Assembly: GCA_964016885.1 (NCBI GenBank)
Contig: OZ024742.1
Location: forward strand, 371,008,001-371,072,000
From: Eledone cirrhosa
Lineage: Eukaryota
Length of the DNA: 64,000 nucleotides
Direction: 5' to 3'
Part shown: positions 46,501-61,400 of the stretch, one piece after another
How the letters are laid out: every line of letters starts with the position of its first letter
How positions within the stretch are numbered: the stretch's first letter is position 1
Notes under the pieces: generated by a model
Told to the model about the DNA's origin: nothing
Databases searched by the model: none
Seen by the model: the letters and a program-made list of their open reading frames with translations, nothing else
Position numbers and translations under genes: made by a program

Positions 46501-47999
46501 ACATACAACACACAATCAAGTAATAAATACATCTAGGACTACATACAACACAAGCAGGTAATACATACATCTAGGACCACATACAACACACAATCAAGTA
46601 ATACATACATATAGGACTACATACAACACAAGCAGGTAATACACACATCTAGGACCACATACAACACACAATCAAGTAATCCATACATCTAGGACTACAT
46701 ACAACACAAGCAGGTAATACATACATCTAGGACCACATACAACACACAATCAAGTAATAAATACATCTAGGACTACATACAACACAAGCAGGTAATACAT
46801 ACATCTAGGACCACATACAACACACAATCAAGTAATCCATACATCTAGGACTACATACAACACAAGCAGGTAATACATACATCTAGGACCACATACAACA
46901 CACAATCAAGTAATCCATACATCTAGGACTACATACAACACAAGCAGGTAATACATACATGTAGGACCACATACAACACACAATCAAGTAATAAATACAT
47001 CTAGGACTACATACAACACAAGCAGGTAATACATACATCTACGACCAGATACAACACACAATCAAGTAATAAATACATCTAGGACTACATACAACACAAG
47101 CAGGTAATACACACATCTAGTACCACATACAAAACACAATCAAGTAATACATACATCTAGGACTAAATACAACACAAGCAGGTAATACATACATCTAGGA
47201 CCAGATACAACACACAATCAAGTAATAAATACATCTAGGACTACATACAACACAAGCAGGTAATACACACATCTAGGACCACATACAAAACACAATCAAG
47301 TAATACATACATCTAGGACTACATACAACACAAGCAGGTAATACATACATCTAGGTTCATATACAACACACAATCAAGTAATAAATACATCTAGGACTGC
47401 ATACAACACAAGCAGGTAATACACACATCTAGGACCACATACAAAACACAATCAAGTAATACATACATCTAGGACTACATACAACACAAGCAGGTAATAC
47501 ATACATCTAGGTTCATATACAACACACAATCAAGTAATACATACATCTAGGACTACATACAACACAAGCAGGTAATACATACATCTAGGTTCATATACAA
47601 CACACAATCAAGTAATACATACATCTAGGACCACATACAACACACAAGCAGGTAATACATACATCTAGGACCACATACAACACACAAGCAGGTAATACAC
47701 ACATCTAGAACCACATACAACACACAATCAAGTAATACATTCATCTAGTACTACATACAACACAAGCAGGTAATACACACATCTAGGACCACATACAACA
47801 CACAATCAAGTAATACATACATCTAGGACTACATACAACACAAGCAGGTAATACACACATCTAGGAGCACATACAACACACAATCAAGTAATAAATACAT
47901 CTAGGACTACATACAACACAAGCAGGTAATACATACATCTAGGACCACATACAACACACAATCAAGTAATACATACATCTAGGACTACATACAACACAA

Positions 48000-50900
48000 G
48001 CAGGTAATACATACATCTAGGACCACATACAACACACAATCAAGTAATAAATACATCTAGGACTACATACAACACAAGCAGGTAATACATACATCTAGGA
48101 CCACATACAACACACATTCAAGTAATACATACATCTAGGACTACATACAACACACAATCAAGTAATAAATACATCTAGGAATACATACAACACAAGCAGG
48201 TAATACATACATCTAGGACCACATACAACACACAATCAAGTAATAAATACATCTAGGACTACATACAACACAAGCAGGTAATACATACATCTAGGACCAC
48301 ATACAACACACAATCAGGTAATAAATACATCTAGGACTACATACAACACACAATCAAGTAATAAATAGATCTAGGACTACATACAACACAAGCAGGTAAT
48401 ACATACATCTAGGACCACATACAACACACAATCAAGTAATAAATACATCTAGGACTACATATAACACAAGCAGGTAATACATACATCTAGGACTACATAC
48501 AACACACAATCAAGTAATACATACATATAGGACTACATACAACACAAGCAGGTAATACACACATCTAGGACTACATACAACACACAATCAAGTAATACAT
48601 ACATCTAGGACTACATACAACACAGCAGGTAATACATACATCTAGGACTACATACAACACACAATCAAGTAATAAATACATCTAGGACTACATACAACAC
48701 AAGCAGGTAGTATATACATCTAGGACTACATACAACACACAATCCAGTAATAAATACATCTAGGACCACACACAACACAGGCAGGTAATACATACATGTA
48801 GGACCACATACAACACACAATCAAGTAATACATACATCTAGGACTACATACAACACAAACAGGTAATACATACATCTAGGACTACATACAACACACAATC
48901 AAGTAATACATACATCTAGGACTACATACAACACAAGCAGGTAATACACACATCTAGGACTACATACAACACACAATCAAGTAATCCATACATCTAGGAC
49001 TACATACAACACAAGCAGGTAATACACACATCTAGGACCACATACAACACACAATCAAGTAATACATACATCTAGGACTACATACAACACAAGCAGGTAA
49101 TACATACATCTAGGTTCATATACAACACACAATCAAGTAATACATACATCTAGGACTACATACAACACAAGCAGGTAATACATACATGTAGGACCACATA
49201 CAACACACAATCAAGTAATCCATACATCTAGGACTACATACAACACAAGCAGGTAAAACATACATCTAGGACCACATACAACACACAATCAAGTAATCCA
49301 TACATCTAGGACTACATACAACACAAGCAGGTAATACATACATGTAGGACCACATACAACACACAATCAAGTAATAAATACATCTAGGACTACATACAAC
49401 ACAAGCAGGTAATACATACATCTATGACCACATACAACACACAATCAAGTAATAAATACATCTAGGACTACATACAACACAAGCAGGTAATACATACATC
49501 TTGGACTACATACAACACACAATCAAGTAATACATACATCTAGGACTACATACAACACAAGCAGGTAATACATACATCTAGGTTCTTATACAACACACAA
49601 TCAAGTAATACATGCATCTAGGACTACATACACCACAAGCAGGTAATACATACATCTAGGTTCATATACAACACACAAGCAGGTAATACATACATCTAGG
49701 ACCACATACAACACACAATCAAGTAATACATACATCTAGTACTACATACAACACAAGGAGGTAATACACACATCTAGGAACACATAAACACACATTCAAG
49801 TAATACATACATCTAGGACTACATACAACACAAGCAGGTAATACATACATCTAGGACTACATACAACACACAATCAAGTAATACATACATCTAGGACCAC
49901 ACACAACACAAGCATGTAATACATACATCTAGGACTACATACAACACACAATCAAGTAATACATACATCTAGGACTACATACAACACAAGCAGGTAATAC
50001 ATACATCTTGGACTACATACAACACACAATCAAGTAATAAATACATCTAGGACTACATACGACACAAGCAGGTAATACATACATGTAGGACCACATACAA
50101 CACACAATCAAGTAATAAATACATCTAGGACTACATACAACACAAGCAGGTAATACACACATCTAGGACCACTTACAACACACAATCAAGTAATACATAC
50201 ATCTAGGACTACATACAACACAAGCAGGTAATACACACATCTAGGACCACATACAACACACAATCAAGTAATAAATACATCTAGGACTACATACAACACA
50301 AGCAGGTAATACATACATCTTGGACTACATACAACACACAATCAAGTAATACATACATCTAGTACTACATACAACACAAGCCGGTAATACACACATCTAG
50401 GACCACATACAACACACAATCAAGTAATACATACATCTAGGACTACATACAACACAAGCAGGTAATACACACATCTAGGACCACATACAACACACAATCA
50501 AGTAATAAATACATCTAGGACTACATACAACACAAGCAGGTAATACATACATCTTGGACTACATACAACACACAATCAAGTAATACATACATCTAGGACT
50601 ACATACAACACAAGCAGGTAATACATACATCTAGGACCACATACAACACACAATCAAGTAATAAATACATCTAGGACTACATACAACACAAGCAGGTAAT
50701 ACATACATCTAGGACCACATACAACACACAATCAAGTAATAAATACATCTAGGACTACATACAACACACAATCAAGTAATAAATACATCTAGGAATACAT
50801 ACAACACAAGCAGGTAATACATACATCTAGGACCACATACAACACACAATCAAGCAATAAATACATCTAGGACTACATACAACACAAGCAGGTAATACAT

Positions 50901-53900
50901 ACATCTAGGACCACATACAACACACAATCAAGTAATAAATACATCTAGGACTACATACAACACACAATCAAGTAATAAATACATCTAGGACTACATACAA
51001 CACAAGCAGGTAATACATACATCTAGGACCACATACAACACACAATCAAGTAATAAATACATCTAGGACTACATACAACACAAGCAGGTAATACATACAT
51101 CTAGGACTACATACAACACACAATCAAGTAATACATACATATAGGACTACATACAACACAAGCAGGTAATACACACATCTAGGACTACATACAACACACA
51201 ATCAAGTAATACATACATCTAGGACTACATACAACACAAGCAGGTAATACATACATCTAGGACTACATACAACACACAATCAAGTAATAAATACATCTAG
51301 GACTACATACAACACAAGCAGGTAATATATACATCTAGGACTACATACAACACACAATCAAGTAATAAATACATCTAGGACCACACACAACACAGGCAGG
51401 TAATACATACATGTAGGACCACATACAACACACAATCAAGTAATACATACATCTACGACTACATACAACACAAGCAGGTAATACATACATCTAGGACTAC
51501 ATACAACACACAATCAAGTAATACATACATCTAGGACTACATACAACACAAGCAGGTAATACACACATCTAGGACTACATACAACACACAATCAAGTAAT
51601 CCATACATCTAGGACTACATACAACACAAGCAGGTAATACACACATCTAGGACCACATACAACACACAATCAAGTAATACATACATCTAGGACTACATAC
51701 AACACAAGCAGGTAATACATACATCTAGGTTCATATACAACACACAATCAAGTAATACATACATCTAGGACTACATACAACACAAGCAGGTAATACATAC
51801 ATGTAGGACCACATACAACACACAATCAAGTAATTCATACATCTAGGACTACATACAACACAAGCAGGTAAAACATACATCTAGGACCACATACAACACA
51901 CAATCAAGTAATCCATACATCTAGGACTACATACAACACAAGCAGGTAATACATACATGTAGGACCACATACAACACACAATCAAGTAATAAATACATCT
52001 AGGACTACATACAACACAAGCAGGTAATACACACATCTAGGACCACATACAACACACAATCAAGTAATACATACATCTAGGACTACATACAACACAAGCA
52101 GGTAATACATACATCTAGGTTCATATACAACACACAATCAAGTAATAAATACATCTAGGACTACATACAACACAAGCAGGTAATACATACATCTAGGACC
52201 ACATACAACACACAATCAAGTAATACATACATCTAGGACTACATACAACACACAATCAAGTAATAAATACATCTAGGAATACATACAACACAAGCAGGTA
52301 ATACATACATCTAGGACCACATACAACACACAATCAAGTAATAAATACATCTAGGACTACATACAACACAAGCAGGTAATACATACATCTAGGACCACAT
52401 ACAACACACAATCAAGTAATAAATACATCTAGGACTACATACAACACACAATCAAGTAATAAATAGATCTAGGACTACATACAACACAAGCAGGTAATAC
52501 ATACATCTAGGACCACATACAACACACAATCAAGTAATAAATACATCTAGGACTACATACAACACAAGCAGGTAATACATACATCTAGGACTACATACAA
52601 CACACAATCAAGTAATACATACATATAGGACTACATACAACACAAGCAGGTAATACACACATCTAGGACTACATACAACACACAATCAAGTAATACATAC
52701 ATCTAGGACTACATACAACACAAGCAGGTAATACATACATCTAGGACTACATACAACACACAATCAAGTAATAAATACATCTAGGACTACATACAACACA
52801 AGCAGGTAGTATATACATCTAGGACTACATACAACACACAATCAAGTAATAAATACATCTAGGACCACACACAACACAGGCAGGTAATACATACATGTAG
52901 GACCACATACAACACACAATCAAGTAATACATACATCTAGGACTACATACAACACAAGCAGGTAATACATACATCTAGGACTACATACAACACACAATCA
53001 AGTAATACATACATCTAGGACTACATACAACACAAGCAGGTAATACACACATCTAGGACTACATACAACACACAATCAAGTAATCCATACATCTAGGACT
53101 ACATACAACACAAGCAGGTAATACACACATCTAGGACCACATACAACACACAATCAAGTAATACATACATCTAGGACTACATACAACACAAGCAGGTAAT
53201 ACATACATCTAGGTTCATATACAACACACAATCAAGTAATACATACATCTAGGACTACATACAACACAAGCAGGTAATACATACATGTAGGACCACATAC
53301 AACACACAATCAAGTAATCCATACATCTAGGACTACATACAACACAAGCAGGTAAAACATACATCTAGGACCACATACAACACACAATCAAGTAATCCAT
53401 ACATCTAGGACTACATACAACACAAGCAGGTAATACATACATGTAGGACCACATACAACACACAATCAAGTAATAAATACATCTAGGACTACATACAACA
53501 CAAGCAGGTAATACATACATCTATGACCACATACAACACACAATCAAGTAATAAATACATCTAGGACTACATACAACACAAGCAGGTAATACATACATCT
53601 TGGACTACATACAACACACAATCAAGTAATACATACATCTAGGACTACATACAACACAAGCAGGTAATACATACATCTAGGTTCATATACAACACACAAT
53701 CAAGTAATACATACATCTAGGACTACATACAACACAAGCAGGTAATACATACATCTAGGTTCATATACAACACACAAGCAGGTAATACATACATCTAGGA
53801 CCACATACAACACACAATCAAGTAATACATACATCTAGTACTACATACAACACAAGGAGGTAATACACACATCTAGGAACACATAAACACACAATCAAGT

Positions 53901-55830
53901 AATACATACATCTAGGACTACATACAACACAAGCAGGTAATACATACATCTAGGACTACATACAACACACAATCAAGTAATACATACATCTAGGACCACA
54001 CACAACACAAGCATGTAATACATACATCTAGGACTACATACAACACACAATCAAGTAATACATACATCTAGGACTACATACAACACAAGCAGGTAATACA
54101 TACATCTTGGACTACATACAACACACAATCAAGTAATACATACATCTAGTACTACATACAACACAAGCAGGTAATACACACATCTAGGACCACATACAAC
54201 ACACAATCAAGTAATACATACATCTAGGACTACATACAACACAAGCAGGTAATACACACATCTAGGACCACATACAACACACAATCAAGTAATAAATACA
54301 TCTAGGACTACATACAACACAAGCAGGTAATACATACATCTTGGACTACATACAACACACAATCAAGTAATAAATACATCTAGGACTACATACAACACAG
54401 GCAGGTAATACATACATCTAGGACCACATACAACACACAATCAAGTAATAAATACATCTAGGACTACATACAACACACAATCAAGTAATAAATACATCTA
54501 GGAATACATACAACACAAGCAGGTAATACATACATCTAGGACCACATACAACACACAATCAAGCAATAAATACATCTAGGACTACATACAACACAAGCAG
54601 GTAATACATACATCTAGGACCACATACAACACACAATCAAGTAATAAATACATCTAGGACTACATACAACACACAATCAAGTAATAAATACATCTAGGAC
54701 TACATACAACACAAGCAGGTAATACATACATCTAGGACCACATACAACACACAATCAAGTAATAAATACATCTAGGACTACATACAACACAAGCAGGTAA
54801 TACATACATCTAGGACTACATACAACACACAATCAAGTAATACATACATATAGGACTACATACAACACAAGCAGGTAATACACACATCTAGGACTACATA
54901 CAACACACAATCAAGTAATACATACATCTAGGACTACATACAACACAAGCAGGTAATACATACATCTAGGACTACATACAACACACAATCAAGTAATAAA
55001 TACATCTAGGACTACATACAACACAAGCAGGTAATATATACATCTAGGACTACATACAACACACAATCAAGTAATAAATACATCTAGGACCACACACAAC
55101 ACAGGCAGGTAATACATACATGTAGGACCACATACAACACACAATCAAGTAATACATACATCTAGGACTACATACAACACAAGCAGGTAATACATACATC
55201 TAGGACTACATACAACACACAATCAAGTAATACATACATCTAGGACTACATACAACACAAGCAGGTAATACACACATCTAGGACTACATACAACACACAA
55301 TCAAGTAATCCATACATCTAGGACTACATACAACACAAGCAGGTAATACACACATCTAGGACCACATACAACACACAATCAAGTAATACATACATCTAGG
55401 ACTACATACAACACAAGCAGGTAATACATACATCTAGGTTCATATACAACACACAATCAAGTAATACATACATCTAGGACTACATACAACACAAGCAGGT
55501 AATACATACATGTAGGACCACATACAACACACAATCAAGTAATTCATACATCTAGGACTACATACAACACAAGCAGGTAAAACATACATCTAGGACCACA
55601 TACAACACACAATCAAGTAATCCATACATCTAGGACTACATACAACACAAGCAGGTAATACATACATGTAGGAGCACATACAACACCCAATCAAGTAATA
55701 AATACATCTAGGACTACATACAACACAAGCAGGTAATACACACATCTAGGACCACATACAACACACAATCAAGTAATACATACATCTAGGACTACATACA
55801 ACACAAGCAGGTAATACATACATCTAGGTT
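48000..55830 (+). repeat. Tandem block duplication, 4099/3709-bp offset
   Basis: AGCAGGTAGT 48702/52801 and AAGGAG 49755/53854 (4099); AAGCAAT 50852/54561 and AATTCATAC 51832/55541 (3709). Confidence 0.8.
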
Positions 55831-55899
55831 CATATACAACACACTATCAAGTAATACATACATCTAAGACTACATACAACACAAGCAGGTAATGCATAC

Positions 55900-58400
55900 A
55901 TCTAGGTTCATATACAACACACAAGGAGGTAATACATACATCTAGGACCACATACAACACACAATCAAGTAATACATACATCTAGGACTACATACAACAC
56001 AAGCAGGTAATACACACATCTAGGACCACATACAACACACAATCAAGTAATAAATACATCTAGGACTACATACAACACAAGCAGGTAATACATACATCTT
56101 GGACTACATACAACACACAATCAAGTAATACATACATCTAGGACTACATACAACACAAGCAGGTAATACATACATCTAGGACCACATACAACACACAATC
56201 AAGTAAAAAATACATCTAGGACTACATACAACACACAATCAAGTAATAAATACATCTAGGAATACATACAACACAAGCAGGTAATACATACATCTAGGAC
56301 CACATACAACACACAATCAAGTAATAAATACATCTAGGACTACATACAACACAAGCAGGTAATACATACATCTAGGACCAAATACAACACACAATCAAGT
56401 AATAAATACATCTAGGACTACATACAACATACAATCAAGTAATAAATACATCTAGGACTACATACAACACAGGCAGGTAATACATACATCTAGGACCACA
56501 TACAACACACAATCAAGTAATAAATACATCTAGGACTACATACAACACACAATCAAGTAATAAATACATTTAGGAATACATACAACACAAGCAGGTAATA
56601 CATACATCTAGGACCACATACAACACACAATCAAGTAATAAATACATCTAGGACTACATACAACACACAATCAAGTAATACATACATCTAGAACTACATA
56701 CAACACAAGCAGGTAATACACACATCTAGGACCACATACAACACACAATCAAGTAATCCATACATCTAGGACTACATACAACACACAATCAAGTAATACA
56801 TACATCTAGGACCACACACAACACAAGCAGGTAATACATACATCGAGGACCACATACAACACAAGCAGGTAATACATACATCTAGGACTACATAAAACAC
56901 AAGCAGGTAATACATACATCTAGGACTACATACAACACACAATCAAGTAATACCTACATCTAGGACTACATACAACACACAATCAAGTAATACATACATC
57001 TAGGACCACACACAACACAAGCAGGTAATACATACTTCTAGGACTACATACAAGACACAATCAAGTAATAAATACATCTAGGACCACATACAACACAAGC
57101 AGGTAATACATACATCTTGGACTACATACAACACACAATCAAGTAATACATACATCTAGGACTACATACAACACAAGCAGGTAATACATACATCTAGGTT
57201 CATATACAACACACAAGGAGGTAATACATACATCTAGGACCACATACAACACACAATCAAGTAATACATACATCTAGGACTACATACAACACAAGCAGGT
57301 AATACACACATCTAGGACCACATACAACACACAATCAAGTAATAAATACATCTAGGACTACATACAACACAAGCAGGTAATACATACATCTTGGACTGCA
57401 TACAACACACAATCAAGTAATACATACATCTAGGACTACATACAACACAAGCAGGTAATACATACATCTAGGACCACATACAACACACAATCAAGTAAAA
57501 AATACATCTAGGACTACATACAACACACAATCAAGTAATAAATACATCTAGGAATACATACAACACAAGCAGGTAATACATACATCTAGGACCACATACA
57601 ACACACAATCAAGTAATAAATACATCTAGGACTACATACAACACAAGCAGGTAATACATACATCTAGGACCAAATACAACACACAATCAAGTAATAAATA
57701 CATCTAGGACTACATACAACATACAATCAAGTAATAAATACATCTAGGACTACATACAACACAGGCAGGTAATACATACATCTAGGACCACATACAACAC
57801 ACAATCAAGTAATAAATACATCTAGGACTACATACAACACACAATCAAGTAATAAATACATTTAGGAATACATACAACACAAGCAGGTAATACATACATC
57901 TAGGACCACATACAACACACAATCAAGTAATAAATACATCTAGGACTACATACAACACACAATCAAGTAATACATACATCTAGAACTACATACAACACAA
58001 GCAGGTAATACACACATCTAGGACCACATACAACACACAATCAAGTAATCCATACATCTAGGACTACATACAACACACAATCAAGTAATACATACATCTA
58101 GGACCACACACAACACAAGCAGGTAATACATACATCGAGGACCACATACAACACACAATCAAGTAATACATACATCTAGGACTACATAAAACACAAGCAG
58201 GTAATACATACATCTAGGACTACATACAACACACAATCAAGTAATACCTACATCTAGGACTACATACAACACACAATCAAGTAATACATACATCTAGGAC
58301 CACACACAACACAAGCAGGTAATACATACTTCTAGGACTACATACAAGACACAATCAAGTAATAAATACATCTAGGACCACATACAACACAAGCAGGTAA
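55900..58400 (+). repeat. ~1292-bp tandem duplication
   Basis: AAGTAAAAAA 56201/57493 and CATCGAGG 56841/58133. Confidence 0.85.
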
Positions 58401-61400
58401 TACACACATCTAGGACTACATACAACACACAATCAAGTAATACATACATCTAGGACCACACACAACACAAGCAGGTAATACATACATCTAGGACTACATA
58501 CAACACACAATCAAGTAATACATACATCTAGGACTACATAGAACACAAGCAGGTAATACATACATCTAGGACTACATACAACACACAATCAAGTAATACA
58601 TACATCTAGGACTACATACAACACAAGCAGGTAATACATACATCTTGGACTACATACAACACACAATCAAGTAATAAATACATCTAGGACTACATACGAC
58701 ACAAGCAGGTAATACATACATGTAGGACCACATACAACACACAATCAAGTAATAAATACATCTAGGACTACATACAACACAAGCAGGTAATAAACACATC
58801 TAGGACCACATACAACACACAATCAAGTAATACATACATCTAGGACTACATACAACACAAGCAGGTAATACACACATCTAGGACCACATACAACACACAA
58901 TCAAGTAATAAATACATCTAGGACTACATACAACACAAGCAGGTAATACATACATCTTGGACTACATACAACACACAATCAAGTAATACATACATCTAGG
59001 ACTACATACAACACAAGCAGGTAATACATACATCTAGGACCACATACAACACACAGTCAAGTAATAAATACATCTAGGACTACATACAACACAAGCAGGT
59101 AATACATACATCTAGGACCACATACAACACACAATCAAGTAATAAATACATCTAGGACCACATACAACACACAATCAAGTAATAAATACATCTAGGACTA
59201 CATACAACACAAATCAAGTAATACATACATCTAGGACTACATGCAACACACAATCAAGTAATACACACATCTAGGACTACATACAACACAATCAAGTAAT
59301 AAATACATCTAGGACTACATACAACACAAGCAGGTAATACATAGATCTAAGACTCCATAAAACACACAATCAAGTAATATATACATCTAGGACTACATAC
59401 AACACAAGCAGGTAATACATACATCTAGGACCACATACAACACACAATCAAGTAATACATACATCTAGGACTACATACAACACAAGCAGGTAATACATAC
59501 ATCTAGGACCACATACACACACAATCAGGTAATCCATACATCTAGGACCACACACAACACAAGCAGGTAATACATACATCTAGGACTACATACAACACAC
59601 AATAAAGTAATACATACATCTAGGACTACATACAACACACAATCAAGTAATACATACATCTAGGACCACACACAACACAGGCAGGTAATACACACATCTA
59701 GGACCACATACAACACACAATCAAGTAATACATACATCTAGGACTACATACAACACAAGCAGGTAATACATACATCTAGGACTACATACAACACAAATCA
59801 AGTAATACATACATCTAGGACTACATACAACACAAGCAGGTAATACACACATCTAGGACTACATACAACACACAATCAAGTAATCCATACATCTAGGACT
59901 ACATACAACACAAGCAGGTAATACACACATCTAGGACCTCATACAACACACAATCAAGTAATACATACATCTAGGACTACATACAACACAAGCAGGTAAT
60001 ACATACATCTAGGTTCATATACAACACACAATCAAGTAATACATACATCTAGGACTACATACAACACAAGCAGGTAATACATACATGTAGGACCACATAC
60101 AACACACAATCAAGTAATCCATACATCTAGGACTACATACAACACAAGCAGGTAAAACATACATCTAGGACCACATACAACACACAATCAAGTAATCCAT
60201 ACATCTAGGACTACATACAACACAAGCAGGTAATACATACATGTAGGACCACATACAACACACAATCAAGTAATCCATACATCTAGGACTACATACAACA
60301 CAAGCAGGTAATACATACATCTAGGACCACATACAACACACAATCAAGTAATCCATACATCTAGGACTACATACAACACAAGCAGGTAATACATACATGT
60401 AGGACCACATACAACACACAATCAAGTAATAAATACATCTAAGACTACATACAACACAAGCAGGTAATACACACATCTAGGACCACATACAACACACAAT
60501 CAAGTAATACATACATCTAGGACTACATACAACACAAGGAGGTAATACATACATCTAGGTCCATATACAACACACAATCAAGTAATACATACATCTAGGA
60601 CTACATACAACACAAGCAGGTAATGCATACATCTAGGTTCATATACAACACACAAGCAGGTAATACATACATCTAGGACCACATACAACACACAATCAAG
60701 TAATACATACATCTAGTACTACATACAACACAAGCAGCTAATACACACATCTAGGACCACATACAACACACAATCAAGTAATAAATACATCTAGGACTAC
60801 ATAGAACACAAGCAGGTAATACATACATCTTGGACTACATACAACACACAATCAAGTAATACATACATCTAGGACTACATACAACACAAGCAGGTAATAC
60901 ATACATCTAGGACCACATACAACACACAATCAAGTAATAAATACATCTAGGACTACATACAACACACAATCAAGTAATAAATACATCTAGGAATACATAC
61001 AACACAAGCAGGTAATACATACATCTAGGACCACATACAACACACAATCAAGTAATAAATACATCTAGGACTACATACAACACAAGCAGGTAATACATAC
61101 ATCTAGGACCACATACAACACACAATCAAGTAATAAATACATCTAGGACTACATACAACACACAATCAAGTAATAAATACATCTAGGACTACATACAACA
61201 CAGGCAGGTAATACATACATCTAGGACCACATACAACACACAATCAAGTAATAAATACATCTAGGACTACATACAACACACAATCAAGTAATAAATACAT
61301 TTAGGAATACATACAACACAAGCAGGTAATACATACATCTAGGACCACATACAACACACAATCAAGTAATAAATACATCTAGGACTACATACAACACACA

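Noticed and set aside
48620-48630. Isolated 1-bp-short monomers (also ~31634, ~43301, ~63810)
   Set aside because: Singletons that cannot be distinguished from consensus errors without reads.
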